DNA from: an uncultured Gaiellales bacterium
GTDB lineage: Bacteria; Actinomycetota; Thermoleophilia; Gaiellales; Gaiellaceae
Length of the DNA: 64,000 nucleotides
NCBI GenBank assembly: GCA_964595575.1
Contig: CAZQRA010000005.1
Location: 542-64,541, forward strand
Direction: 5' to 3'
Below, one piece after another: positions 7,860 through 16,663 of the stretch. Both the position numbers and the translations under genes were made by a program. Each line of letters starts with the position of its first letter. Positions within the stretch are counted from its first letter, which is position 1. The notes below the pieces were generated by a model, which made no database searches, was not told the DNA's origin, and was given only the letters and a program-made list of their open reading frames with translations.

Positions 7860-9281
7860 GTGAGCGAGATCTCCGAGTTCGGGCTGATCGTGCTCGTGGT
7901 CGCCGGCGCCCTGTCGCTGGCGATCGCCCTGAGCAAGCTGACCGAGCGCTTCCCGGTGCCCGGCCCCGCCCGGTTCCTGCTCCTGGCCGCCGTGGCCTCG
8001 GACATCTTCCCCGGCCTCTCCGCCGTCTCCATCCACACGGTCGAGCGCATCGGCGTCGTGGCCCTGGTCGTGATCCTGTTCGACGGAGGGATGCACGTCG
8101 GCTGGCGCCGGTTCCGGGCCTCGGCCCTCCCCATCGCCAGCCTCGGCACCCTGGGCACGTTCGCCACCGCCGGGGTGATGGCGGTGTTCGCCCACGCCTT
8201 CTTCGGCTTCGGGTGGACCGAGGCCGGAATCCTGGGGGCGGCCCTGGCTCCCACCGACCCGGCGGTGATGTTCTCGGTGCTCGGCAAGCGGGAGATCGGG
8301 GGCAGGAGCGGCACCATCCTGGAGGGGGAGTCGGGCGCCAACGACCCCGTGGGGATCGCCCTCATGATCGGCATGCTCGAGCTCGCCACCCACGACGACG
8401 CCTCGTTCGCCACCGTGATCGAGGAGTTCCTCATCGAGATGGCCATCGGCTTGGCGATGGGGGTGGCCGGGGCGGCCGTGCTCCTTCCCCTCATGCGCCG
8501 CTTCTCCCTTCCCAGCGAGGCCCTCTACCCGATTCGCACCCTCGCCTTCGCCGGCGTCATCTACGGGGCGGCGGCGGTGGCTCACGGGTCCGGGTTCCTG
8601 GCCGTGTTCGTGGCCGGGCTTTTGATCGGCGACGAGCGGGCTCCCTACAAGGGGGAGGTCGAGCGCTTCCACATGTCGTTGGCCAGCTTGGCCGAGATCG
8701 CCGTCTTCGCCGCCCTCGGCCTGACCATCGACATCAGCGACCTGGGCCAGGACCACGTCTGGCTGGACGGGGTTCTCTTGGCCCTGCTCCTGGCGCTCGT
8801 GGCTCGGCCCGTGGTCGTGGGTCCCCTTCTGCTCCCGGCCCGGCTCCATCGGGGCGAGAAGCTCTTCATCATGTGGGGCGGGCTCAAGGGGGCCGTCCCC
8901 ATCCTCCTAGGGACGTTCGCCCTCCTCGAGGGGGTGGAGGAGGCCCACCGCATCTACGACATCGTGTTCGTGGTGGTGGCGCTCTCGGTGATCGTGCAGG
9001 GGACGAGCATCCCCTTCGTCGCCCCCCGGCTCCAGGTGCCCATGCGCGTGGCCCAGCCGCGGGGCGTCCAGCGCTGCACCGTCCACCCGGGCTCGCGGGC
9101 GGCCGGCGAGGCCGTCCGCAACTTGCCGCTGGGAGAGCGAACCTGGATCGACGCCGTGGTGCGCGACGGCAAGCACCTGCCCGTGCACGGCGACCTCGTG
9201 CTGGCCGAGGGAGACGAGGTAGCCCTCATCGCCGACGTGGAGGACGCGGTACGCCTGGCTAGGATCTTCGAGCGCTACTGA
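7860..9281 (+). CDS. cation:proton antiporter (NhaP/CPA1-like) with C-terminal TrkA-C-like domain
   Basis: Polytopic membrane protein with ALAPTDPAVMFSVL and ESGANDPVGIAL motifs. The soluble C-terminal domain (...VRDGKHLPVHGDLVLAEGDEVALIAD...) resembles RCK_C. Confidence 0.85.
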   Translation: MSEISEFGLIVLVVAGALSLAIALSKLTERFPVPGPARFLLLAAVASDIFPGLSAVSIHTVERIGVVALVVILFDGGMHVGWRRFRASALPIASLGTLGTFATAGVMAVFAHAFFGFGWTEAGILGAALAPTDPAVMFSVLGKREIGGRSGTILEGESGANDPVGIALMIGMLELATHDDASFATVIEEFLIEMAIGLAMGVAGAAVLLPLMRRFSLPSEALYPIRTLAFAGVIYGAAAVAHGSGFLAVFVAGLLIGDERAPYKGEVERFHMSLASLAEIAVFAALGLTIDISDLGQDHVWLDGVLLALLLALVARPVVVGPLLLPARLHRGEKLFIMWGGLKGAVPILLGTFALLEGVEEAHRIYDIVFVVVALSVIVQGTSIPFVAPRLQVPMRVAQPRGVQRCTVHPGSRAAGEAVRNLPLGERTWIDAVVRDGKHLPVHGDLVLAEGDEVALIADVEDAVRLARIFERY

Positions 9282-9306
9282 GCCCCGACGGCGAGGCCGT
9301 AGCCCC

Positions 9307-10488
9307 TCAGAGGCGCTCGATCACGGCCGCGATGGCCTGGCCTTGGCCGATGCACATGGAGGCGATGCCGTAGCGACCGCCCCGCCGCTCGAGCTCGGAG
9401 AGGAGGGTGGCGACGATGCGGGCGCCGGTGGCCCCGAGGGGGTGGCCGAGCGAGATGCCCCCTCCGTTCGGGTTGACGTCGCCCGCCCGCCAGCGCTCCT
9501 CCAGGCCGGTGTCCGCGAGGAACTGGAGGGCGACCGAGGCGAAGGCCTCGTTGACCTCGATCACGGCCATGTCGTCGAAGGTGAGTCCCGCCTTGGCGAG
9601 GGCCCTCTGGCAGGCCTTGGGGTTGCCGTGCAGGGCGCGGTAGGGATCGACCCCGGCCAGGCCGAAGGACACGAATCGCGCCCGCGGCCTCAGGCCCAGC
9701 CGGGAGACCGCCTCCTCGCTGGCGAGGAGCATGGCCGCCGCCCCGTCGCAGATCTGGCTCGAGTTTCCGGCCGTCACCACCCCGTCCGGCTTGAACGCCG
9801 GCGGCAGCCCGGCCATCTTCTCCAGCGAGGTATCGCGCCGGGGCGTCTCGTCCACGGCGAAGAGCGTGGCTGGGTGGGGGTTCGCCACCTCGATGGGGAC
9901 GATCTCGCGCCGGAAGCGGCCCTCGTCGATAGCCCGGATCGCCCGCCGGTGCGACTCAAGAGAGTAGGCGTCGAGGGCCTCCCGGGTGAGACCCCACTCC
10001 TCGGCCAGGACCTCGGCGGAGATGCCCTGGGGGACGATCTCCCACCGCTCGAGCAGCTTGGGCGAGAGCCCGGCCCAGCCCTCGCTCCCCATGTTGGAGC
10101 CCATGGGTACCCGCGACATGGACTCCACCCCGCCGGCGACGACCACCTCCAGGTGGCCTGCCTGGATGGCGGAGGCGGCGTTGAAGGCAGCCTGCATCGA
10201 GGATCCGCACTGGCGGTCGACCGAGGTGGCGCACACCGTCTCCGGCCAGCCGGCGAGGAGCGTGGCGATCCGGCCCACGTTGAGGGCCTGCTCGCCCACC
10301 TGGGTGACGCAGCCCATCTGCACGTCCTCGATGGCAGCCGGGTCGAGGTCGAGCCGGGAGACGAGCCCTCCCAGCACCTGGGCCGCCAGCTCGTCGGCAC
10401 GCACCGACGCCAACGTCCCCTGCTTCTTGCCGATGGGGCTGCGGACGGCATCGACGATGAGCGCCTCGCGCACGGAGGAAGCGTACAC
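9307..10488 (-). CDS. acetyl-CoA C-acetyltransferase (thiolase)
   Basis: C-terminal ~393 aa of track ORF 9307..11367: IVDAVRSPIGKK..., active-site region VDRQCGSSMQA, NEAFASV, and C-terminal GGGISLGHPLGATGARI...MCIGQGQ. GTG 10488 has GGAG 5 nt upstream; alternative GTG 10473. Confidence 0.9.
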   Translation of the reverse strand: MYASSVREALIVDAVRSPIGKKQGTLASVRADELAAQVLGGLVSRLDLDPAAIEDVQMGCVTQVGEQALNVGRIATLLAGWPETVCATSVDRQCGSSMQAAFNAASAIQAGHLEVVVAGGVESMSRVPMGSNMGSEGWAGLSPKLLERWEIVPQGISAEVLAEEWGLTREALDAYSLESHRRAIRAIDEGRFRREIVPIEVANPHPATLFAVDETPRRDTSLEKMAGLPPAFKPDGVVTAGNSSQICDGAAAMLLASEEAVSRLGLRPRARFVSFGLAGVDPYRALHGNPKACQRALAKAGLTFDDMAVIEVNEAFASVALQFLADTGLEERWRAGDVNPNGGGISLGHPLGATGARIVATLLSELERRGGRYGIASMCIGQGQAIAAVIERL

Positions 10489-10509
10489 CCGCTCCGCCCC
10501 GACACGCTC

Positions 10510-10515
10510 TAGACT
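10510..10515 (+). promoter_or_regulatory. -10 box TAGACT, 6 nt before ATG 10522 (leaderless-type promoter)
   Basis: TAGACT-gccggt-ATG, the same hexamer and spacing as upstream of mntH. The 33-nt divergent intergenic region has no SD for the plus-strand gene. Confidence 0.35.
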
Positions 10516-10521
10516 GCCGGT

Positions 10522-11952
10522 ATGGCGGTGACCGCCGTCGAGAAGCGCCTCCTCCTGGACGGGGTCTGGGTCGAGACCGGCCGCTGGCTCGAGGTGCGCT
10601 CGCCCTACTCGGGCGAGGTCGTCGGTCGAGTCCCTGAGGCAGGCCCGGCCGAGACGCGGCGGGCCATCGACGCCGCCGAGGAGGCGATGCGGGCTCCCCT
10701 TCCCGCTCACCGGCGGGCGGAGGTGCTCTCCCGAGTCGCCGACCTCCTCGGCGCCCGCCAAGAGGAGGTGGCCCGCCTGATCTGCGCCGAGGCGGGAAAG
10801 CCGCTCAAGGCCGCTCGGGTGGAGGCCTCCCGGGCCGTCTCCACCTACACCTTCGCCGCCGTGGAGGCGCGCAAGCTGGCCGGGGAGACCGTGCCCATGG
10901 ACGCCTCCCAGGCCGGGGAGGGCAAGCTCGCCTTCACCGTGCGCTACCCGCTCGGGGTGGTGGGCGCGATTACCCCCTTCAACTTCCCCCTCAACCTCGT
11001 CGCCCACAAGATCGCTCCCGCCCTGGCCGCAGGCTGCGCCGTCGTCCTCAAGCCGGCCCGGGCGACGCCCCTGTCGGCCCTCCTTTTGGCCGAGCTGGAG
11101 CAGGAGGCAGGTCTTCCGCCCGGGTGGCTGAACGTCGTCTGCGGCCCCTCGGGGGAGATCGGGGAGACGCTCGTCGCCGACCCTCGGGTGCGCATGATCA
11201 CCTTCACCGGATCGTCGGAGGTGGGCTGGCGCCTGCGGGAGCAGGCGGCCCGCAAGAAGGTCAGCCTCGAGCTCGGCAACGCCACCCCGGTGATCGTGGA
11301 GGCCGACGCCGACCTCGACGAGGCTGCCGCCAAGCTGGCGGCCAACGGGTTCTCCTTCGCCGGCCAAAGCTGCATCTCGGTGCAGCGGATCTACGTCCAG
11401 CGCTCCGTCTACGAGGCGTTCCTGGAGCGGTTCCTCCCTCGCGTGGAGACGCTCGTGGTCGGCGACCCCGCCGACGAGGCGACCGACGTCGGCCCCGTGA
11501 TCGACGAGGCGGCCCGCGAGCGGATCCTGGCCTGGATCGAGGAGGCTCGGGCGCTGGGGGCAGAGGTGCTCACGGGAGGGGGCGTCCGCGCCGACGGGGT
11601 GATCGAGCCCACCGTGATCGCCGGGGCTCCCCCCCAGGCCAAGGTCTCGTGCGAGGAGGTGTTCGGGCCGGTGGTGGTGGTGGGCCCCTACGACACCCTG
11701 GACGAGGCCATCGCCCTGGCCAACGGCACCCGCTTCGGCCTGCAGGCCGGCATCTTCACGGCCGACCTGCGGACGGCTCTGCGGGCTGCTCGCGCCCTCG
11801 AGTTCGGGGGCGTGACCGTCAACGAGGCCCCCACCTACCGGGCAGACCAGATGCCCTACGGCGGCGTCAAGGACTCCGGCAACACGCGCGAGGGTCCCGC
11901 CTATGCGACGCGGGAGATGACCGAGGAGCGCGTGGTCGTCATCCAGCTCTAG
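10522..11952 (+). CDS. NAD(P)-dependent aldehyde dehydrogenase
   Basis: ALDH family motifs: FNFPLNL, ITFTGSSEVG, catalytic Glu region LELGNATP, catalytic Cys region FAGQSCISVQR, and EEVFGPV. Confidence 0.9.
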   Translation: MAVTAVEKRLLLDGVWVETGRWLEVRSPYSGEVVGRVPEAGPAETRRAIDAAEEAMRAPLPAHRRAEVLSRVADLLGARQEEVARLICAEAGKPLKAARVEASRAVSTYTFAAVEARKLAGETVPMDASQAGEGKLAFTVRYPLGVVGAITPFNFPLNLVAHKIAPALAAGCAVVLKPARATPLSALLLAELEQEAGLPPGWLNVVCGPSGEIGETLVADPRVRMITFTGSSEVGWRLREQAARKKVSLELGNATPVIVEADADLDEAAAKLAANGFSFAGQSCISVQRIYVQRSVYEAFLERFLPRVETLVVGDPADEATDVGPVIDEAARERILAWIEEARALGAEVLTGGGVRADGVIEPTVIAGAPPQAKVSCEEVFGPVVVVGPYDTLDEAIALANGTRFGLQAGIFTADLRTALRAARALEFGGVTVNEAPTYRADQMPYGGVKDSGNTREGPAYATREMTEERVVVIQL

Positions 11953-12432
11953 GTGTCGCCCTTCTCCCTGCGCCGCTCTCCTCGACGGCGACCCGTCCTC
12001 CCCCCGCCCGGCGTGCTGCGGCGGGAGCGACGGGCCCTCCTCGCCCAGCGGGAGGAGAAGCTCCGCGACTTGGGCGGCCTCATCCTGGAGATGTTCCGAC
12101 GCGACCGATTCCGCGAGGAGCTGGTCACCGAGCGCTGCCGGGAGCTCGTCGAGCTGGACGAGCGCCTCGCCTACCTCGAGGCGCTGCTCGATGCCTCGCT
12201 CCGCCGCCTACCCCTCGCCCGCTGCTCGTGCGGGGCGCCGCTTCCCTTCCGCTCCCACTTCTGCCCCCACTGCGGCCGTCCTGCCGGCCCGGCCGTGGTC
12301 GCCTGTGCAACCTGCGGCCACGCCCTGGCCGCCGACGCCTCCTTCTGCCCCCAGTGCGGGGCGTCTGCGGCCGCAGCCGTCCCCGCCGCTTCACCCCAGG
12401 CTCCCGCTCCCGCGGAGGCCGGCGACGGCTGA
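11953..12432 (+). CDS. zinc-ribbon domain protein (coiled-coil N-terminus, two CxxC...CxxC ribbons)
   Basis: GTG 11953 directly follows the ALDH TAG. Motifs CSCGAPLPFRSHFCPHCG and CATCGHALAADASFCPQCG. Confidence 0.65.
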   Translation: MSPFSLRRSPRRRPVLPPPGVLRRERRALLAQREEKLRDLGGLILEMFRRDRFREELVTERCRELVELDERLAYLEALLDASLRRLPLARCSCGAPLPFRSHFCPHCGRPAGPAVVACATCGHALAADASFCPQCGASAAAAVPAASPQAPAPAEAGDG

Positions 12433-12468
12433 GGCTCCGGCCGAGCTTCTCTGCTCCCGCTGCCAGGC

Positions 12469-12967
12469 CGTGGCGGAGGCAGACCAGGAGTACTGCCTCT
12501 CCTGCGGCTCCCGCCTCCACCAGGAGCGGGGGCGGCGGCCCCACTGGCTCCTCCCTGCCCTGGCTTTGCTGGCCGTGGCCGCAGCAGGGGCCGGCGGCGC
12601 CGTCCTCTCCCGGCCGACGGAGAGCAGGCCCACCATCGTCGCCCTCAGCCCCCTCGAGCCGGCCCCGGCGACGCTTCCCCTGGGGCGCAGGCTCGTCCCC
12701 TGGCCGGCCCACGACGGCTTCACCGTCGTCCTCGCCGCCGTGCCTACCCGTGCCGGCCTAGCCCGGGCGCGCAGGGTGGCGCTTCAGGCGCTCAGGGCCG
12801 GCTTCCCCGAGGTGGGCATCCTCGTATCGTCCCGCTACCCCGACCTCCACCCCGGCTACTACCTCGTCTTCAGCGGCGTCTACGACTCCCTGGAAGAGGC
12901 GCAGGCCCGCCTGCCGCGGGCTCTCGCCCGCTTCCCAGGGGCCTTCGCCCGCCAGGTCGCCCGCTGA
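12469..12967 (+). CDS. zinc-ribbon / TM / SPOR-like domain protein; true start upstream and unresolved
   Basis: C-terminus of track ORF 12191..12967: [44 protein letters not shown], and a SPOR-like end (GFTVVLAAVP...GYYLVFSGVYDSLEEAQARL). 12469 is the first canonical start after the previous stop, but it cuts off the first CxxC at ~12443. See finding. Confidence 0.55.
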
Positions 12968-13003
12968 TGTCGGTTCTCTTTCTGGCGAACGATCGACATG
13001 ACT

Positions 13004-13031
13004 TTGTAACAGGGGCTCGATGCGCTACACT
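13004..13031 (+). promoter_or_regulatory. sigma-70-like promoter (TTGTAA - 16 nt - TACACT)
   Basis: -35-like TTGTAA 13004-13009 and -10 TACACT 13026-13031 lie in the only clearly AT-richer intergenic stretch of the window, upstream of 13117..13572. Confidence 0.45.
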
Positions 13032-13116
13032 AGAGCCGGCTCTGGGCCCAGAGCGAGGTTTAACCCCACGTTAACAAGCCTTTTCCGGCCCTTAACAGGA
13101 GAGCGAGATACTGACC

Positions 13117-13572
13117 ATGATGGACGAGCGGGTAGCTGAGATCAGGGCCTGCATGTATCAATATTCGAGAGCCATCTACCGGGCGATCAAGGACCTGACC
13201 GATCCCTACGTCGATCCGGCCACGCAGCTCGAGTACAGGCGGGCGATCCTGGCCGCCTGCGAGCAGACGATGGAGCGACTGGCCACCGATCCCTACTACT
13301 TCGCCAACCCGGACCGGGCTCTCTTCCAAGACATCCGCCGCTACTTCCCGATCACGAGCCAGGCTCAGGTGGCCTGGGCAGTGAGCACGGTGGTGGGAGC
13401 GGCGGTCAAGTTCATCGAGGCCCAGATCGCCGCCGGCGCCTTCGATGGGGGCGTCGCCCGCTGCCACGCCACCACCAGGAAGGGCAAGCCCTGCCAGCGG
13501 ACGCCCCTTCCCGACCGCAACTACTGCCCTTCGCACCAGCACCTCGAGCAGCGCTCGAGCGTGGCAGTCTAG
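13117..13572 (+). CDS. hypothetical protein with C-terminal Cys-x9-Cys-x10-Cys-x2-His motif
   Basis: Clean ORF with high GC3 after an AT-rich leader; GGAGAG lies upstream of ATG. The C-terminus ARCHATTRKGKPCQRTPLPDRNYCPSHQH suggests a small zinc-binding knuckle. I cannot name a family. Confidence 0.6.
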   Translation: MMDERVAEIRACMYQYSRAIYRAIKDLTDPYVDPATQLEYRRAILAACEQTMERLATDPYYFANPDRALFQDIRRYFPITSQAQVAWAVSTVVGAAVKFIEAQIAAGAFDGGVARCHATTRKGKPCQRTPLPDRNYCPSHQHLEQRSSVAV

Positions 13573-13636
13573 GCCGTCTGCGGCCTCCCCGGCCGTCCTT
13601 CTCCCCCTGCCTGACGAGCGCTAAGCTCGGCTGGCG

Positions 13637-15649
13637 ATGTCGCACGACACCGACAAGCTGATCCGCCAGCTCTCGCTCGTGGCCTTCCTCATGGCGGAGA
13701 CGCGTCCCATCACCGCTCGGGACGTGCAGCAGAACGTGGAGGGCTACTCCGAGATGTCGGACGAGGCCTTCGCCCGACGCTTCTACTCCGACCGAGCCGA
13801 GCTCCTCAGCCTGGGCGTACCCCTCCAGTCGCAGCGCGACGAGCTCACCGGGGAGGAGCTGTACACGCTCCGGTCGGAGCGCTACTTCCTACCTCCGCTC
13901 GAGCTGACCGACGAGGAGCTGGCGGCGCTCCAGACCTGCCTCTACCTGCTCGAGGGCCAGTTCGCCTACGCCGAGCCCTTCCGGCTGGCGCTCCAGAACC
14001 TCGCCCTCGGCCGTCCCGGCTTCCGAGAGGCTCCCACCGAGATCGCCGAGCGGGTGGCGGTGCGCGACCCCGACTACTCGCCGGAGCTGGCCGGCCGGCT
14101 GAGCAAGCTGGAGGCTGCCATCTCCAGGCAGCGCACGGTCAGGTTCTCCTACTGGTCGATCGGCAGGGACGAGGTCCGGGAGCGCACCGTCGACCCCTAC
14201 GCCCTCCTTCCCCACGAGGGCAGCTGGTACGTGATCGGGCGCGACCACGATGCCGACGCCATCCGCACCTTCCGCGTGTCCCGTATCCGGGGCGACATCC
14301 GCTTCGCCACCCGGCGGGAGCGGGACTTCCGGCCGCCGGCAGACTTCGTGGCCGAGGAGTACCGGCCGCCCCCGCCCTGGCAGATCGGCGAGATCGTCGG
14401 CGAGGCCAGGGTCGCCCTGGCCGGCGACGCCGCCTGGTGGGTGGAGCGCACCTACCGGCGGTACGGCCACGTGGAGGAGGGGGTGTTCGTCACCCCCTTC
14501 GCCGACCTCGGCTACCTCGCCTCCTGGATCCTGCGGCTCGACGGGCGGGCAGTTCCCCTCGAGCCGGACGAGCTTCGCTACGAGGTGGCGGAGGGGCTCC
14601 GCCAAGTCCGCCTCCGCCACCTGGGACCTCCGCCTACCCCGGCCCCAGCCCAGGAGACGGACGCCAAGGAGCCGAGCGAGCGGCCCTCCGGTCCCATCGC
14701 CCCGGAGCGCTTCGGCGTCCTCCAGTCCCTGCTCGCCTACCTCCTGACGGCGTGCGGGGAGGAGCGGCAGGCGGTCATCCCTGCCTCCGAGCTCTGCCGG
14801 CGCTTCTCCCTCGGCCCCGAGGAACTGGAGGAGCACCTGTCCCTGCTCAACCTCGTCAACTTCGGCGGCGGCTGCTACGCCGTCTACGCCCAGCTGCAGG
14901 GAGACGAGGTCCACGTGGAGAAGGAGCTCTTCGGCGACACCTTCCGCTCGCCGCCCAGGCTGACCCCACTCGAGGCTCGCGCCATCCGCCTAGCTCTCGA
15001 GTTCGTGGGGCCGATGGTGGCCGCCGAGGCCCACCGGCCCTTGGCCAAGGTGCGGAGGAAGCTGGAGGAGACCTTCGGCGCGTTCAACCTGGGGCACACG
15101 CCTGAGCCGGAGGCGGACGCTGCCGAGGAGAGCATCATCGCCGTCCTCAGCGAGGGGATCAAGCGCCGCCGGCTGGTCGAGCTCGACTACTGGAAGGTGG
15201 GCGAGGACACCGCCGTCCGTCACCTGGTCGAGCCCTACGCGCTCGAGCGCCAGCTCCCCCACTGGTACGTCCACGCCTGGGACCGCACCAGGGGCGGGCC
15301 CCGCAGCTTCCGGATCGATCGCATGCGCAGCGCCCGGCTCACCGACGAGACGTTCGAGCCAAGGAGCGGCTTCGATCCGGCTCCCCTGCGCGACGCCCGG
15401 GTGGCCCGCATCCTCTACACCCAGGCGGTGGCTCGCTGGGAGGTGGAGCGGGGAGCGCAGCCGCTGGCCGACGGCACCGCCGTGGCCGAGCACAAGGTGG
15501 GCTCCAGCGAGTGGCTGACGAGCGAGATCCTCCGCTACCGGGGGGAGGCGGTGGTGCTCGATCCCGCCGACCTTCGGGAGAGGGTGGCCGCGCGGGCCGA
15601 GCAGCTCCTCAGCGAGCTCGGGCTGACTCGGCTTGGGGTCGGCCGCTAG
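13637..15649 (+). CDS. pafBC: fused PafB-PafC-like tandem HTH-WYL transcriptional regulator
   Basis: 670 aa with two repeats of the HTH + WYL + C-terminal extension architecture. First half: LIRQLSLVAFL...RTVRFSYWS...RTVDPYALLPHEGSWYVIGRDHDADAIRTFRVSRI. Second half: RRRLVELDYWK...HLVEPYALERQLPHWYVHAWDRTRGGPRSFRIDRM. Confidence 0.8.
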   Translation: MSHDTDKLIRQLSLVAFLMAETRPITARDVQQNVEGYSEMSDEAFARRFYSDRAELLSLGVPLQSQRDELTGEELYTLRSERYFLPPLELTDEELAALQTCLYLLEGQFAYAEPFRLALQNLALGRPGFREAPTEIAERVAVRDPDYSPELAGRLSKLEAAISRQRTVRFSYWSIGRDEVRERTVDPYALLPHEGSWYVIGRDHDADAIRTFRVSRIRGDIRFATRRERDFRPPADFVAEEYRPPPPWQIGEIVGEARVALAGDAAWWVERTYRRYGHVEEGVFVTPFADLGYLASWILRLDGRAVPLEPDELRYEVAEGLRQVRLRHLGPPPTPAPAQETDAKEPSERPSGPIAPERFGVLQSLLAYLLTACGEERQAVIPASELCRRFSLGPEELEEHLSLLNLVNFGGGCYAVYAQLQGDEVHVEKELFGDTFRSPPRLTPLEARAIRLALEFVGPMVAAEAHRPLAKVRRKLEETFGAFNLGHTPEPEADAAEESIIAVLSEGIKRRRLVELDYWKVGEDTAVRHLVEPYALERQLPHWYVHAWDRTRGGPRSFRIDRMRSARLTDETFEPRSGFDPAPLRDARVARILYTQAVARWEVERGAQPLADGTAVAEHKVGSSEWLTSEILRYRGEAVVLDPADLRERVAARAEQLLSELGLTRLGVGR

Positions 15650-16646
15650 CCTGCCCGCCCAGACGCGTGGCCGCCCAGGCGGCGTGGTCGCGGAGGAGCG
15701 GGTCGGGGTGGGCCAGGTACCGCTCGACCTCCGGTAGGTGGGCCGAGGTGCCGCTGTTTCCCAACGCCACGAGGGCGTTGCGGCGGAGGTAGCGGGCCTG
15801 GCGGCGGGGAATGTAGAGCCGCCGGTAGCGGCGTACGAGCTCCTCGTCGGAGGCGCGCAGCCAGTCGAGCAGGGAGACGGTGGGCTCGGCCTCCCCGGGA
15901 GGCAGCCGGTCGGCCCGGCGCCGCTCCACCCCCCGATTCCACGGGCACACCTCCTGGCAGATGTCGCAGCCGTAGACGCTCGCTCCCAGCTCCTCTCGAT
16001 AGGGCTCGGGGATGGGGCGCGACGACTGGGTCCAGTAGGAGAGGCACTTGGTGGCATCCAGCACCCCCGGCTCGTCCAGGGCTCCGGTGGGGCAGGCGTC
16101 GATGCAGAGACGGCACTGCCCGCAGTCGAGGGAGAGGGCGGGGGTGGGCTCGATGGCGACGTCGGTGACGAGCGTCCCCAGCACCACCCAGGAGCCGTAG
16201 CGGCGGGTGATGACCATGGTGTTCTTGCCATAGAAGCCGACCCCGGAGCGGACCGCCGCCTCCCGGTCGACGTGCTCGCTCGCGTCCACGAGGACGCGGT
16301 AGGAGCCACCCAGACGTCGACCGAGCTCGTCCAGGGCCCGCCGAAGCGGCGCATAGGCATCCTGCCAGGTGTAGCGCGCCAGGGTGCCCTCTCCTGCTCG
16401 GGGCGGGGGAGCGGGCGCGTAGTAGCAGAGCGCGGCGGAGATGACCGCGCGGGCGCCGGGGAGCAGCCGCTCGGGGTGACAGGAGAGCTGGGGACGGGCC
16501 ATGGTGAAGCGCATGTCTGCGAACAGGCCTCGGGATCGGCGCTCGAGGATGTGGCGCTCGGTCTCCTCGTAGGGCTCGGCTGGAGCCACGCCCAGGACGT
16601 CCAGCCCCAGGCCTTCCGCTAGGCGCTCCAGGTCCTCGACCGTCAT
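15609..16646 (-). CDS. queG: tRNA epoxyqueuosine(34) reductase
   Basis: Two 4Fe-4S ferredoxin motifs (CGQCRLCIDACP, CDICQEVCPWN) and a C-terminal HEAT-like repeat (RRNALVALGN...HPDPLLRDHAAWA). Overall length fits QueG. Confidence 0.85.
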   Translation of the reverse strand: MTVEDLERLAEGLGLDVLGVAPAEPYEETERHILERRSRGLFADMRFTMARPQLSCHPERLLPGARAVISAALCYYAPAPPPRAGEGTLARYTWQDAYAPLRRALDELGRRLGGSYRVLVDASEHVDREAAVRSGVGFYGKNTMVITRRYGSWVVLGTLVTDVAIEPTPALSLDCGQCRLCIDACPTGALDEPGVLDATKCLSYWTQSSRPIPEPYREELGASVYGCDICQEVCPWNRGVERRRADRLPPGEAEPTVSLLDWLRASDEELVRRYRRLYIPRRQARYLRRNALVALGNSGTSAHLPEVERYLAHPDPLLRDHAAWAATRLGGQASGRPQAESARAR

Positions 16647-16663
16647 GAGAGGATTGTGCAGCA

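Noticed and set aside
6527-9262. Several 400-655-aa ORFs (6527..8494 -, 7352..9262 +, 7602..8849 -, 6301..7605 +)
   Set aside because: They overlap the DUF4015 hydrolase and the antiporter genes in other frames or on the other strand. They are Arg/Pro/Gly-rich and lack any recognisable domain.
13001-13031. Mycobacterial PafBC-dependent RecA-NDp promoter motif (TTGTCRGTG-N8-TANNNT) upstream of the gene preceding pafBC
   Set aside because: TTGTAACAG resembles the upstream element only partly. The spacing to TACACT is 13 nt rather than 8, so I do not consider it a match.
15609-15649. 41-nt convergent overlap of the pafBC and queG 3' ends
   Set aside because: It is probably unremarkable in a compact GC-rich genome where stop codons are scarce. 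The QueG tail in the overlap is low-complexity.
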